A model generated the notes under the pieces. It was not told the DNA's origin, made no database searches, and saw only the letters and a list, made by a program, of their open reading frames with translations. From Deferribacterales bacterium (GTDB taxonomy: Bacteria; Chrysiogenota; Deferribacteres; Deferribacterales; Geovibrionaceae), in assembly GCA_050251875.1 (NCBI GenBank), contig JBFWMA010000004.1, forward strand, positions 128,001 to 192,000: DNA of 64,000 bases. Direction: 5' to 3'. This document shows positions 9,734-20,477 of the stretch, piece by piece. Position numbers and translations under genes: made by a program. How positions within the stretch are numbered: the stretch's first letter is position 1; each line of letters starts with the position of its first letter.

Positions 9734-10561
9734 ATGAAAACAGCTAAAATTCAGTTTGTTATATATCCTGTGCTGGTGGGTGTTTTTCTGGCATGGTTCG
9801 TTACAGGGGCGCTGCGCTACTTTGTGTCCGCTCCGCAGACCGACACCACCGGAATGAAGCATGAGCGTGTCCGTCAGGACGGCGGCATGCCTGATTTCGG
9901 GCTTATCCGTAGAAAAAACATCTTTAAGGCGGACGTATCCGCCGTGAAAGATACTCTGGACGCTGTGGGCTTCTCCGCCTCGTCCGCTCCGGATTCCGCT
10001 CCCGCTCAGCAGTCCCTCAGGCTCTCCGGCATACTGAAAGGCACCTATATGTCCTATGTCATTCTGAAGGCTGACGGTAAAAATCTGGTGCTGAAACAGG
10101 GAGTGGAGAAAGAGGGCTACAGACTGAAAACAGCCTATGACGACCATGCAGAGATAGAGACGGAAAACGGGCTGACCACAGTATATCTGGAGAGCTCTAA
10201 AGTAACCGTTGACTCATCCGGCGGTAAAATGCCCGTAAACACCGACAAGGTAACCATGCCCAGAAAAGAACTGGTGGGCAAGCTGTCCAACATCAACTCC
10301 GTGATGAAAGCCGTTATGATAACTCCTTTCGAAAGAAAGGGAAAGTTCGTGGGATACAGACTGACTAAGATGAAGCCTGACTCCGCTCTGGCGAGGCTGG
10401 GGCTGGTGTCCGGCGATGTCATCATCCGGCTGAACGGAAAAGAGCTGAAAGATCCGGCGATCTTCTTCGACGCTCTGTCCAATACCGAAAATTTAAGTTC
10501 AATTACAATAGATCTGGAAAGAAACTCAGCCAAAAAGACCATCTATGTGGAGATAATATGA
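9734..10561 (+). CDS. gspC: T2SS protein C with C-terminal PDZ domain
   Basis: N-terminal TM, HR domain (LRLSGILKG), PDZ (GYRL..MKPDSALARLGLVSGDVIIRLNG). Confidence 0.85.
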   Translation: MKTAKIQFVIYPVLVGVFLAWFVTGALRYFVSAPQTDTTGMKHERVRQDGGMPDFGLIRRKNIFKADVSAVKDTLDAVGFSASSAPDSAPAQQSLRLSGILKGTYMSYVILKADGKNLVLKQGVEKEGYRLKTAYDDHAEIETENGLTTVYLESSKVTVDSSGGKMPVNTDKVTMPRKELVGKLSNINSVMKAVMITPFERKGKFVGYRLTKMKPDSALARLGLVSGDVIIRLNGKELKDPAIFFDALSNTENLSSITIDLERNSAKKTIYVEII

Positions 10562-12408
10562 CCGTCAGAAAACTTACTCTAACATTCCTTTTATCGCTGT
10601 TCTGCCTGACATCATTCGGGACGGGATTCAATGTGAATTTCAGCGATATGGAGCTGAACGATTTCGTCAGCTTTGTTTCAGAATTCACCAAGAAGAATAT
10701 AGTCTATGACAGGTCTATGCTGAAAGGAAAGGTGAGCATCGACTCACAGTCCCAGATACGCTCCGCTGACGTTCTGGATATCTTCGCCTCCACACTGCGA
10801 GCCAACGGGTTCGAGCTGGTGGACAGGGGCAAATATTATGAGATAGTGCGCCAGAGTGACTATATGGATATAGACGATTCATCCGGCACAGAGGGCGAGA
10901 ACGCCCTTATCACCACTGTGATATATCCGAAAAATTTCGACTCCCGGATTCTGGCTAACGTGCTGAACAAGCTGAAATCAAAAGGCGGATATGTGGAAGT
11001 GATGAAAGGCATGAACGCCGTCATCATCAGAGACCGCCTGAACAGAATAGTAAAAATACGCAATTTTATAGACAAGCTGGATACCAGAGCGGATTCGCTG
11101 ACTCTGCGTACGGTGAAGGTGGAGAATGCCTCAGCCGTGAATGTGGCGGACAGGCTGGTGAAACTCTTCGCCGAGATGGAGAAGAAGAACTACATCGCCA
11201 CCGACCCGGTGGTGGTGGCGGACGAATATTCCAACATGCTTCTGGTGGCGGCTGACGAGCACGATTACGAAAAGCTGATGTATATCATCAAACAGCTCGA
11301 CACAAAAAGCCCCGGAAGCTACAACGCCCCGAAGGTATTTTATCTGAAAAATGCCAGCGCAGAGGACGTGGGCAAGGTGCTCGCCAGTCTGACAGGCAAC
11401 ATCAGCAACCCCACGGACAAAAAAGCGGACAACACAAAGGCTTCCGTGACATATGATAAATCCACCAACTCCATAATCGTTTTCGGCGATCAGGATCTCT
11501 ATGCCAAGGTGGAATCTCTGGTACAGAAGCTGGATATACAGAGAAAACAGGTCTATGTGGAGGCTCTGATTCTGGAGACCACACTGGACAGCGGAAATAA
11601 ATTCGGCGTGGAATGGCTGGCAGGAGCAGGCAGCGGCAGCGCCGCCGGAACCATCGGCTATGTGAACGATTCCGGATCGCTGGTTGACTTTCAGTCGTCC
11701 ACTCTGGACGGCGAATCCCCTAATTTCAGCGCTCTCTCGGGCGGGTTCAACCTGGGCGTGCTCGGAAACATCATATCATACGAAGGGGTTAACTTTCCCA
11801 CTCTGGGGCTTCTGGCTAACTTCGTGAAGACCGCCAGCGGCATAAACATCCTCTCCAATCCCCAGATACTCACTCTGGACAACGAAGAGGCGGAGGTTTT
11901 CGTGGGGGAGAACAGACCGTTCCTCACCAGCACCAAATATGACTCAAATAATCAGCCCGTATATTCATACGACTATAAAGACGTTGGCGTTAAGCTCAAA
12001 ATCATTCCCCAGATATCCGCTGACGACACCATCACCCTCAAGATAGAGCAGGAAGTGAAGAAAGTGTCCGAGAGCACTACAGTAGCCACAGCTCCCATAA
12101 CCCTGACACGCTCCACCAAGACGAAAGTGAAGCTGAAAGACGGCTCCATGATGGTAATAAGCGGTCTGCTGAAAGACGACTCCACAAAGAGCAACTCCGC
12201 CGTGCCCGGTCTCGCCAACATCCCCATACTCGGCTGGCTGTTCAAGACCAAATCCGGCAGCTATGAAAAGACGAATATGATGGTCTTCATCTCCACATAT
12301 ATCATCAACACTCAGCAGGAAGCGGACAAGCTGACAGAGAAGAAACACTCGGAATCTGTCGAGTTCAACAAAGAGATAGACGAAAAAATCCGCAAAGAGT
12401 TTAAATAA
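10558..12408 (+). CDS. gspD: T2SS secretin
   Basis: N0-N3 domains, QVYVEALILE, NILSNPQILTLDNEEAEVFVG, VPGLANIPILGWLF. Confidence 0.96.
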   Translation: MTVRKLTLTFLLSLFCLTSFGTGFNVNFSDMELNDFVSFVSEFTKKNIVYDRSMLKGKVSIDSQSQIRSADVLDIFASTLRANGFELVDRGKYYEIVRQSDYMDIDDSSGTEGENALITTVIYPKNFDSRILANVLNKLKSKGGYVEVMKGMNAVIIRDRLNRIVKIRNFIDKLDTRADSLTLRTVKVENASAVNVADRLVKLFAEMEKKNYIATDPVVVADEYSNMLLVAADEHDYEKLMYIIKQLDTKSPGSYNAPKVFYLKNASAEDVGKVLASLTGNISNPTDKKADNTKASVTYDKSTNSIIVFGDQDLYAKVESLVQKLDIQRKQVYVEALILETTLDSGNKFGVEWLAGAGSGSAAGTIGYVNDSGSLVDFQSSTLDGESPNFSALSGGFNLGVLGNIISYEGVNFPTLGLLANFVKTASGINILSNPQILTLDNEEAEVFVGENRPFLTSTKYDSNNQPVYSYDYKDVGVKLKIIPQISADDTITLKIEQEVKKVSESTTVATAPITLTRSTKTKVKLKDGSMMVISGLLKDDSTKSNSAVPGLANIPILGWLFKTKSGSYEKTNMMVFISTYIINTQQEADKLTEKKHSESVEFNKEIDEKIRKEFK

Positions 12409-13850
12409 TGCAGTACAGCGAAATACTTGAGCTGTATTTAAAATATCCCGACCGCACAGGATTCGTCCCGGAAGAGGGAGACGGTTCCGCTGTGATACTC
12501 TATCACGGCGCTCAGGGGCTGGAAAAAGCGAGACATCTGGCTATGGTTTCCGGATGTTCTGATGTGCGGGAGGCGGACAGACAGCGGATTTATTCCGTTA
12601 TCGAGTCCATCGAATCCGCCAGATCGGACGAGTTTCAGGCTCATGTTCAGGAGCTGGACGAGGGGGACGACATACTGTCTGCCTCATATGATGACGCTCC
12701 CATAATCCGTTTGGTGAACACCACCGCCATAAAAGCCGTGAAATCAGGCGCCAGTGATATACATTTCGAAGGAATGACAGGCAGGTTCGCCGTGCGCTTC
12801 CGCATAGACGGCAAGCTCGCCACCGTCAGGGAATTTCCGAAAAACATTCAGGATTCCGTTATCGCCAGAATAAAAGTCATGTCCGATCTGGACGTGGCGG
12901 AGACCAGAAAGCCGCAGGACGGACGCATCAACCTGAAGATAGGCAGCCGTGACGTGGACATCAGGGTTTCCACCATCCCGTCAGTCACAGGCGAGAAGGC
13001 GGTATTAAGGATTCTGGAAAAATCAGCCGGAACCGTATCGCTGGAAAAGACAGGCATGCCCGAAAATATGCTCCCGGCGTTCAGAAAGATGATAAAGCGC
13101 CCCAACGGTATCATACTGGTGACAGGTCCTACAGGATCGGGTAAAACCACCACACTCTACTCCGCCCTGGGCGAGATAGTGAGTGACGACATAAACATCA
13201 TGACCATCGAAGACCCGGTGGAATATCATAACGAAAAGATAACTCAGGTTCAGGTGAACAGAGCGGTGGATATAACATTCGCCTCCGCTGTGCGCTCGTT
13301 TCTGCGTCAGGATCCGGATGTGATTCTGATAGGCGAGATCAGGGACAAGGAGACGGCTCAGGCGGCTGTCCAGGCATCGCTGACGGGTCACCTCGTGCTG
13401 TCCACTCTGCACACCAACTCAGCGCCCACGGCAGTGGCGAGGCTGATAGATATGGATGTTGAACCGTTTCTGCTCTCATCGTCTCTGGTTTCCGTCATAG
13501 GGCAGAGGCTGGTGAGAAAGCTGTGCCCGCACTGCAAAAAAGCGGTGGAGACGGACGCCTATGTCCGTGAGTTCTTCGCCGAGGCGGGGGATATGCCGGG
13601 CGTGATATTTGAGCCTGTGGGGTGCGGCGAGTGCATGCACACAGGATATGCCGGCAGGACGGGGATTTTCGAGATGCTGAACGTGGACGACAGCATCAGA
13701 CGGCTGATAAACGCCAAATCGGACGCCTCCGGAATCGCTCATGAGGCCATGAAGGCAGGATACAGACCGTTCATCTATCACGGGTTTCATCTGGTGAGCT
13801 CCGGCGTGACATCGGCGGGCGAAGTGATAGCCGTTACAGGATCAAAATAA
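12408..13850 (+). CDS. gspE: T2SS assembly ATPase
   Basis: ASDIHFE, GPTGSGKTTTLY, TIEDPVE, LRQDPDVILIGEIRD, STLHTN, Zn motif CPHC...CGEC. Confidence 0.96.
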   Translation: MQYSEILELYLKYPDRTGFVPEEGDGSAVILYHGAQGLEKARHLAMVSGCSDVREADRQRIYSVIESIESARSDEFQAHVQELDEGDDILSASYDDAPIIRLVNTTAIKAVKSGASDIHFEGMTGRFAVRFRIDGKLATVREFPKNIQDSVIARIKVMSDLDVAETRKPQDGRINLKIGSRDVDIRVSTIPSVTGEKAVLRILEKSAGTVSLEKTGMPENMLPAFRKMIKRPNGIILVTGPTGSGKTTTLYSALGEIVSDDINIMTIEDPVEYHNEKITQVQVNRAVDITFASAVRSFLRQDPDVILIGEIRDKETAQAAVQASLTGHLVLSTLHTNSAPTAVARLIDMDVEPFLLSSSLVSVIGQRLVRKLCPHCKKAVETDAYVREFFAEAGDMPGVIFEPVGCGECMHTGYAGRTGIFEMLNVDDSIRRLINAKSDASGIAHEAMKAGYRPFIYHGFHLVSSGVTSAGEVIAVTGSK

Positions 13851-15040
13851 TGCCTTTTTTTATATATGACGGGGTGGACTCACAGGGAAAACCCGCCAAA
13901 GGACAGATAGAGGCACAGAGCCGAAACGCCGCCCTGTCAAAGCTGATGGCGGAGGGAGTTCTGGTTTCGTCCATCAGCGATGTTCTGAATAAAAAAAGGG
14001 CTCTGTTTTTCAGTTTTTCATCTAAAAAGAATACGGCTGATATCTTTTTTCAGCTCTCCATAATGCTTACAGGCGGAATACCGCTCACCAAAGCGCTCAC
14101 CGTGACATCCGAGACACTTAGGGACAAGAGGATGAAGAGGGCTCTGCTGGATATCTGCGCCAAGGTGTCATCGGGTATGCGTTTTTCTGATGCCATGAAG
14201 GAGCAGGACGGCGTGTTCAGCGAGCTGTATATACATCTTATCAGAACATCCGAGAAGGTGGGCAGACTGCCTCAGGTGCTTCTGGATATATCCCGTTTCG
14301 AAGAGGAGCGCAGAAAGGCGGGCGAAAAGATTGTGGGCGCCATGATATACCCATCTGTCGTTCTGACGCTGGGTTTTGCCGTGGTTACCTTCATGCTGGC
14401 GTATGTCGTTCCCAGATTGCAGGATATTTTCAAAAGTGCCGGAGCGGAGATTCCAGCCGCCACAAAACTTCTGCTTCTGGTGTCGTCATTTCTTCAGGTG
14501 TTCGGTCTGCCTCTGTTTCTGATACTGCTGGTGTGTCTGGGAGTTTTTCTGAGAGCCTACAGAAAGAAAGGCTCTTTCCGTCTGAATCTGGACAAAAAGC
14601 TCTACAGAATCACTATAATCAAAGACGTCACCGCCGCCAGACTGTCGCATGTGCTGGGATTCCAGCTGAAAGAGGGGCTTCCTCTGGTGGAGGCGCTCAG
14701 GAACTGTGCCGGGAGCATAGGCAACGCCTATGTGAGCGAGGGCATCAGAGATATAGCGGACAGCGTGGCTTCCGGTAAAAAATTCTCCGACAGTGTGAAC
14801 GAGAGCGGGCTCTTCAGCGAGCTGTTCTCCGCCGCCGCCGCCACAGGCGAGAAGAGCGGCAGCCTCTATGAGCTGATGGAGCACGTCAACATTTACTATT
14901 CCAGAAAGACAGAGCAGTTCACCGCCCGGTTCGTTTCCGTTGTGGAGCCTGTTTTTATAATGTTTATAGGTATTGTAGTGGGTTTTATCGTCATTTCCAT
15001 CATGGAGCCTCTGTTCTCTATCAACTCTCTTGTGAAATAG
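13850..15040 (+). CDS. gspF: T2SS inner-membrane platform protein
   Basis: GspF/PilC architecture: AMIYP, GEKSGSL, VVEPVFIMFIG. Confidence 0.93.
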   Translation: MPFFIYDGVDSQGKPAKGQIEAQSRNAALSKLMAEGVLVSSISDVLNKKRALFFSFSSKKNTADIFFQLSIMLTGGIPLTKALTVTSETLRDKRMKRALLDICAKVSSGMRFSDAMKEQDGVFSELYIHLIRTSEKVGRLPQVLLDISRFEEERRKAGEKIVGAMIYPSVVLTLGFAVVTFMLAYVVPRLQDIFKSAGAEIPAATKLLLLVSSFLQVFGLPLFLILLVCLGVFLRAYRKKGSFRLNLDKKLYRITIIKDVTAARLSHVLGFQLKEGLPLVEALRNCAGSIGNAYVSEGIRDIADSVASGKKFSDSVNESGLFSELFSAAAATGEKSGSLYELMEHVNIYYSRKTEQFTARFVSVVEPVFIMFIGIVVGFIVISIMEPLFSINSLVK

Positions 15041-15127
15041 TTATTTTTTTGCTTGTTTTTTACATGGCGGATAGAGTATTTTTAAGCCTGCTTAAAAAGA
15101 AAGTCATAATATAATTGAGAGGGTGCA

Positions 15128-16930
15128 TTGGGTATCGAGAATATCAGAAATTTCAGTATCATAGCTCACATCGACCACGGCAAATCCACAATAGCCGACA
15201 GACTCATTGAGTTTACATGCGCTGTGGACAAGCGTCAGATGAGAGATCAGATTCTGGACAGCATGGACATAGAGAGAGAAAGAGGGATAACCGTAAAGGC
15301 GCAGACCATCAGGCTGAAATATAAGGCGGATGACGGCGTGGAATATATCCTGAACCTGATAGATACCCCCGGACACGTTGACTTCTCATATGAGGTGTCC
15401 AGAAGCCTTGCCGCCTGTGACGGCGCTCTTCTGGTGGTGGACGCGGCACAGGGCGTGGAGGCGCAGACCATAGCCAACGCATATATGGCTGTGGAGCAGA
15501 ACCTCGACCTCGTTCCGGTGCTTAACAAGATAGACCTGCCCAGCGCCGACCCCGAAAAGGTGCAGGCTGAGATAGAAGACATTATCGGCATAGACGCTTC
15601 CGAGGCTGTGAAAGCCAGCGCCAAAGCCGGTATCGGCATAAAAGAGATTCTGGAAGCCATCGTAAAGCGCATGCCCGCGCCCATAGGTTCCGCCGACAAG
15701 CCTCTGAAGGCGATGATAGTGGATTCATGGTATGATTCATATCTTGGCGTTGTGGTTCTTCTGCGTATGATAGACGGCGAGCTGAGAGCCGGAGACAAAG
15801 TGCAGTTCATGGCGAGCAAGGCGGAACGTGTTGTGGACGCCGTGGGCTATTTTCTTCCGAAACCCGTTAAACATGAAGTTCTGCGTCCCGGAGAGGTTGG
15901 TTTCATGACCGCCTCTATCAAGGACATCAGAGAAATAGATATAGGCGACACAGTCACCAATCCGAAAAAACCTACAGACAGCCCGTTTCCGGGGTTTAAG
16001 AAGGTTAAGCCGGTGGTCTTCTGCGGTATGTATCCCGTGGATTCAGCCGATTATGAAGATCTGAGAGACGCTCTGGAAAAACTGTCCCTGAACGACAGCT
16101 CCATCTCCTTCGAGGCGGAGACGTCTGCCGCTCTGGGCTTCGGATACCGCATCGGTTTCCTCGGTCTGCTCCACATGGAGATCATTCAGGAGAGGCTGGA
16201 GCGTGAGTTCAACCTCGATCTGGTGAGCACCGCTCCCACCGTTATCTACCGCATCAAAAAGCGCAACGGCGAGTTACTGGAAATAGACAACCCGGCGGGC
16301 ATGCCCGACCCCACAGAGATAGAATATATCGAAGAGCCCGTCATCGCCGCCACGGTGATCCTGCCCGAGGAATATGTGGGCGGGGTTATCCAGCTTCTGA
16401 TTCAGAGGCGGGGCATACAGAAAAATATAAAATATATCAGCGAGACAAGAGTCATTCTGGAATACACACTGCCTCTGGCGGAGGTGGTGATGGATTTCTA
16501 TGACAAGCTGAAGTCAAACTCCAGAGGCTATGCCTCCTTCGATTATGAAATGGACGGATATCAGAGAGCCGATCTGGTGAAGCTCGATATTCTTCTGAAC
16601 AAAGACAAGGTGGACGCCCTCTCTATAATAGTGCATAAGGATCAGGCGTTTTATAAAGGACGTGATCTGGCGGACAAGCTGAAAGACGTTATCCACAGAC
16701 AGATGTTCGACATCGCCATTCAGGCGGCGGTGGGCAACAAGATCCTCGCCAGAACCACAGTGAAGGCATTCAGAAAGAATGTTACCGCCAAATGTTACGG
16801 GGGCGATATAACCCGTAAGAAAAAACTGCTGGAAAAGCAGAAACAGGGTAAAAAGCGCATGAAGAACGTGGGCAACGTGGAGATTCCGCAGGAAGCGTTC
16901 CTCGCCGTGCTGAAATTAGGTGACAGTTAA
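15128..16930 (+). CDS. lepA: Elongation factor 4
   Basis: [44 protein letters not shown] start after GAGAGGG. Confidence 0.98.
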   Translation: MGIENIRNFSIIAHIDHGKSTIADRLIEFTCAVDKRQMRDQILDSMDIERERGITVKAQTIRLKYKADDGVEYILNLIDTPGHVDFSYEVSRSLAACDGALLVVDAAQGVEAQTIANAYMAVEQNLDLVPVLNKIDLPSADPEKVQAEIEDIIGIDASEAVKASAKAGIGIKEILEAIVKRMPAPIGSADKPLKAMIVDSWYDSYLGVVVLLRMIDGELRAGDKVQFMASKAERVVDAVGYFLPKPVKHEVLRPGEVGFMTASIKDIREIDIGDTVTNPKKPTDSPFPGFKKVKPVVFCGMYPVDSADYEDLRDALEKLSLNDSSISFEAETSAALGFGYRIGFLGLLHMEIIQERLEREFNLDLVSTAPTVIYRIKKRNGELLEIDNPAGMPDPTEIEYIEEPVIAATVILPEEYVGGVIQLLIQRRGIQKNIKYISETRVILEYTLPLAEVVMDFYDKLKSNSRGYASFDYEMDGYQRADLVKLDILLNKDKVDALSIIVHKDQAFYKGRDLADKLKDVIHRQMFDIAIQAAVGNKILARTTVKAFRKNVTAKCYGGDITRKKKLLEKQKQGKKRMKNVGNVEIPQEAFLAVLKLGDS

Positions 16931-16931
16931 A

Positions 16932-17603
16932 ATGAGCGAAAACGAGACAAAAGAACAGGACACGAAAGAGCAGATAACAGGCGAAAAGCCGAAGAAGGAC
17001 TCATTCCTCGACTCCCTTATAGTGGCGGTGGTTATCGCCATGATAATCAAGGGGATTCTGCTCCAGACATATACCATTCCGTCTGAATCCATGGTGGGAA
17101 CTCTGCTGAAAGGCGACTTTATTCTGCTGAACCGTCTGGCTTACACATTCAGCGAGCCCAAAAGGGGCGATGTCGTTGTGTTCGAATATCCTCTCGACCC
17201 CTCAAAAGATTTTATCAAACGTGTGATCGGAGCCCCCGGCGACAGGATCATGATGAAAGATAAAGTCGTTTATGTGAACGGAGTGGAGCAGGAAGAGATT
17301 TATAAAAAGACCAACGGCATGATGTCCATGCCCGAGAGCATGACCATAAAGGACAACTTCTCCGAGTTCACAGTGCCGGCTGGAAAATATTTTATGATGG
17401 GCGACAACAGAGACAACAGCTATGACAGCCGTTTCTGGGGTTTTGTGGACGAGAGCAAGGTGAAGGGCAGGGCTGTGATGATCTACTGGTCGCTGGACAC
17501 TCCCCAATACAATTCGGCATGGGCTAAGTTTCCCCTGAGCATGCTGAGATTTCTCAATCCGAAATATGACAGGTTTGAAAGGTTCTTTAAACCTATAAAA
17601 TAA
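16932..17603 (+). CDS. lepB: Signal peptidase I
   Basis: IPSESM (catalytic Ser), FIKRVIG (Lys), MGDNRDNSYDSR; ATG 16932 preferred. Confidence 0.96.
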   Translation: MSENETKEQDTKEQITGEKPKKDSFLDSLIVAVVIAMIIKGILLQTYTIPSESMVGTLLKGDFILLNRLAYTFSEPKRGDVVVFEYPLDPSKDFIKRVIGAPGDRIMMKDKVVYVNGVEQEEIYKKTNGMMSMPESMTIKDNFSEFTVPAGKYFMMGDNRDNSYDSRFWGFVDESKVKGRAVMIYWSLDTPQYNSAWAKFPLSMLRFLNPKYDRFERFFKPIK

Positions 17604-17670
17604 TCCGGAAGAAACACTGTAATTGAAATAATCTTCTTTGTATGTAATAATTATATAATTCAGAAATAAG

Positions 17671-18393
17671 GTGAAAACCGTGAATCTCAAATATAACACA
17701 ATTCTTCTCAAACTCAGCGGAGAAGCCCTTATGGGCGAGTCCGAATACGGCATCGATTTTAATACCGCAAGTTTTATAGTTAACGAAATTAAAGAAGTAG
17801 TGGAGATGGGCGTTCGTGTCGGCGTGGTTGTCGGCGGGGGCAACATCTTCAGAGGGATACAGGGCACAGCCCGGAATATGGACAGGGTGACAGCGGACTA
17901 CATGGGAATGCTGGCGACCGTTATCAACTCTCTGGCTCTTCAGGACGGACTGGAAAAGGTGGGCGTTCCCACCAGAGTTCAGACATCTATCGAGATGCGC
18001 CAGATAGCGGAGCCTTTCATCAGACGCCGTGCTATGCGCCATCTGGAAAAGAGCAGGGTGGTTATATTCGCAGCCGGAACCGGAAACCCCTATTTCACAA
18101 CTGACACAGCCGCCACACTCAGAGGCACGGAGATAAACGCGCAGGTGATTCTGAAAGCGACCAAAGTAGACGGAGTATATACCGCTGATCCTAAAAAGGA
18201 CAAAAACGCCGTTAAGTTCGACACCATCCCCTATCTGGACGTGCTGAACAAAGGGCTTCAGGTGATGGACTCCACAGCTATTACCATGTGTATGGACAAT
18301 AAGATACCGATTATCGTTTTTGATATATACGGCAAAGGGAACATGAAGAGACTTGTTCTCGGCGAAAAAGTAGGAACCATAGTGGAGGGATAA
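17671..18393 (+). CDS. pyrH: Uridylate kinase
   Basis: [25 protein letters not shown]; the real start may be GTG 17680. Confidence 0.98.
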   Translation: MKTVNLKYNTILLKLSGEALMGESEYGIDFNTASFIVNEIKEVVEMGVRVGVVVGGGNIFRGIQGTARNMDRVTADYMGMLATVINSLALQDGLEKVGVPTRVQTSIEMRQIAEPFIRRRAMRHLEKSRVVIFAAGTGNPYFTTDTAATLRGTEINAQVILKATKVDGVYTADPKKDKNAVKFDTIPYLDVLNKGLQVMDSTAITMCMDNKIPIIVFDIYGKGNMKRLVLGEKVGTIVEG

Positions 18394-18397
18394 GACA

Positions 18398-18955
18398 ATG
18401 GCAGCAACTGTTATGCAGGAAACAAAAGAAAAGATGGAGAAAACCATTCATCATTATAAAGAGGAACTCAAAAGCATCCGCACAGGCAGAGCCTCCATCG
18501 CCATGATGGACAATGTGAAGGTGGACTACTACGGAACACCCACACCCCTGTCCGGCGTTGCCACACTCAGCGCCCCAGAACCCAGACTGATAACCATCGC
18601 CCCATGGGACGCCAGCATGATAGCTCCCATAGAAAAAGCTATCCTGAACGCCAACATGGGCTTTAACCCGTCCAATGACGGAAAGATAATCCGCATCCCC
18701 GTGCCCCAGCTCACAGAGGAACGCAGAAAAGAGTTCGTGAAACATGTGAAAAAGATGGCAGAGGATACAAAAGTAGCCGTGCGCAACCTGAGACGTGAGG
18801 CGAACGACAGAATCAAAAAGCTGGAAAAAGATAAAGAGATATCTGAAGACGATTCTAAGAAATTCCTCGATCAGATCCAGCATGTCACAGACGACTACAT
18901 CAAAAACGTGGACACAGTGACAGAGGCAAAAGAAAAAGAGATCATGGAGATATAG
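18398..18955 (+). CDS. frr: Ribosome recycling factor
   Basis: IRTGRAS, VDYYG, PQLTEERRKE, VRNLRR. Confidence 0.98.
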   Translation: MAATVMQETKEKMEKTIHHYKEELKSIRTGRASIAMMDNVKVDYYGTPTPLSGVATLSAPEPRLITIAPWDASMIAPIEKAILNANMGFNPSNDGKIIRIPVPQLTEERRKEFVKHVKKMAEDTKVAVRNLRREANDRIKKLEKDKEISEDDSKKFLDQIQHVTDDYIKNVDTVTEAKEKEIMEI

Positions 18956-19689
18956 TGACCGACCTGACGATCCCCAAGCATCTGGCCGTGATAATGGACG
19001 GCAACGGGCGTTGGGCGAAGTCCAGAGGACTCCCCAGAGTTTTCGGACACAAGAAAGGCGCCGAGGTTGTCAACGATGTGGTGAAATACTGCTCCGGATG
19101 CGGCGTCAAATATCTCACGCTTTATACATTTTCCACCGAAAACTGGCTGCGTCCGAAAGACGAGGTCAGCTTTCTGATGGATCTGCTGAATAAATACCTC
19201 GAGAAAGAGGTGGAGGAGATGGACAGGAACAACATCCGTCTGCTCGTCTCCGGCAGGCTGAACATGCTTCCGGAGAGCTCCAGAAAACTGATAGACAGTT
19301 CCGTTTCCAAACTGTCCGGCAACACGGGCATGGTGCTAAATCTGGCGCTGAGCTACGGCGGCAGGGGAGAGATAGCGGACGCTGTGAAGATAATAGCCGA
19401 GAGAGTCCGTTCCGGGGAGATAAATCCTCAGGACATAGACGAGGCTCTGCTGGCGGAGAATCTATACAATCCTGAGGTGCCGGACACGGATCTCATCATC
19501 AGGACCGGCGGGGAACGCCGCATCAGCAATTTTATGCTGTGGCGGGCGGCTTACGGGGAGTTTTATTTCACTGACTGCCTGTGGCCTGATTTCAACAGTG
19601 AAGAGCTGGACAAAGCATTCGCCGATTTTTCCGGCAGAGTGCGCAGATTCGGCATGACAGACGAACAGGTGAGCAAAGAACGTGGGTGA
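18955..19689 (+). CDS. uppS: Undecaprenyl diphosphate synthase
   Basis: HLAVIMDGNGRWA, FSTENW, IRTGGERRISNF. Confidence 0.97.
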   Translation: MTDLTIPKHLAVIMDGNGRWAKSRGLPRVFGHKKGAEVVNDVVKYCSGCGVKYLTLYTFSTENWLRPKDEVSFLMDLLNKYLEKEVEEMDRNNIRLLVSGRLNMLPESSRKLIDSSVSKLSGNTGMVLNLALSYGGRGEIADAVKIIAERVRSGEINPQDIDEALLAENLYNPEVPDTDLIIRTGGERRISNFMLWRAAYGEFYFTDCLWPDFNSEELDKAFADFSGRVRRFGMTDEQVSKERG

Positions 19690-20476
19690 CAGAAACAAAC
19701 GTATCCTGACAGCGCTTATAGCGATTCCTCCTATAATCGCCTACATCATATATTTTGACGATTTCGGCTTTTTTCTGGCTGTGCTTCTGCTGATACTTCT
19801 CAGTGTCAGAGAATTTGTGGCGATGCTTGAGTGTGCCGGAATCAAGGTTATGAATTGGCCGACATATTTCGGCTCTATCTGCCTTCCTTACGGAATCTAT
19901 ACGGCGGACGTGCGGTTTTTCTCCGGCGCCCTGCTTCTGACTGCTGTTCTGACTATGAGCTCTAAGCTCTTCTCCGAAGAACCGCTGAAAGACACGTTTG
20001 ATTCCATCGGAGGAACGCTGATAGCGGTGCTCTATGCCCCGCTTATGTTCTCCTTTCTGGTGCTGCTCAGAAAACTGGGCGTGCACTATATCTTCCTGCT
20101 CTGTATCCTGATATGGATGAGCGACACAGCCGCCTATTTCATAGGGTGCAGGTTCGGCAGACGCAAGCTGTATGAGAAAATCAGCCCGAAAAAGAGCGTT
20201 GAGGGCGCCATAGCCGCATATGTGGGCGGTGTGGGCGCCGGTCTGATATATTCATCTTTCTTTCTGGATATCCCCATGGCGCATGCCGCCGCCGCATGCA
20301 CATTTGTTGTGACAGCGGGCATAGTGGGCGATCTGGTGGAATCCATGTTCAAACGCAGGGCAAAGATAAAAGACTCAGGAAGCCTCATCCCGGGGCACGG
20401 AGGCATACTGGACAGGGTGGATTCTCTGCTGTTCGGCGCTCCGGTACTCTATCTATATATAAGCTATTTCGTGTAA
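19682..20476 (+). CDS. cdsA: Phosphatidate cytidylyltransferase
   Basis: SPKKSVEG, GDLVESMFKR, KDSGSLIPGHGGILDRVDS. Confidence 0.97.
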   Translation: MGDRNKRILTALIAIPPIIAYIIYFDDFGFFLAVLLLILLSVREFVAMLECAGIKVMNWPTYFGSICLPYGIYTADVRFFSGALLLTAVLTMSSKLFSEEPLKDTFDSIGGTLIAVLYAPLMFSFLVLLRKLGVHYIFLLCILIWMSDTAAYFIGCRFGRRKLYEKISPKKSVEGAIAAYVGGVGAGLIYSSFFLDIPMAHAAAACTFVVTAGIVGDLVESMFKRRAKIKDSGSLIPGHGGILDRVDSLLFGAPVLYLYISYFV

Positions 20477-20477
20477 T

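Noticed and set aside
4511..15040. Reading the cluster as type IV pilus genes
   Set aside because: GspG, GspK, GspC-PDZ and GspD signatures are T2SS-type, and no PilT or PilM is present.
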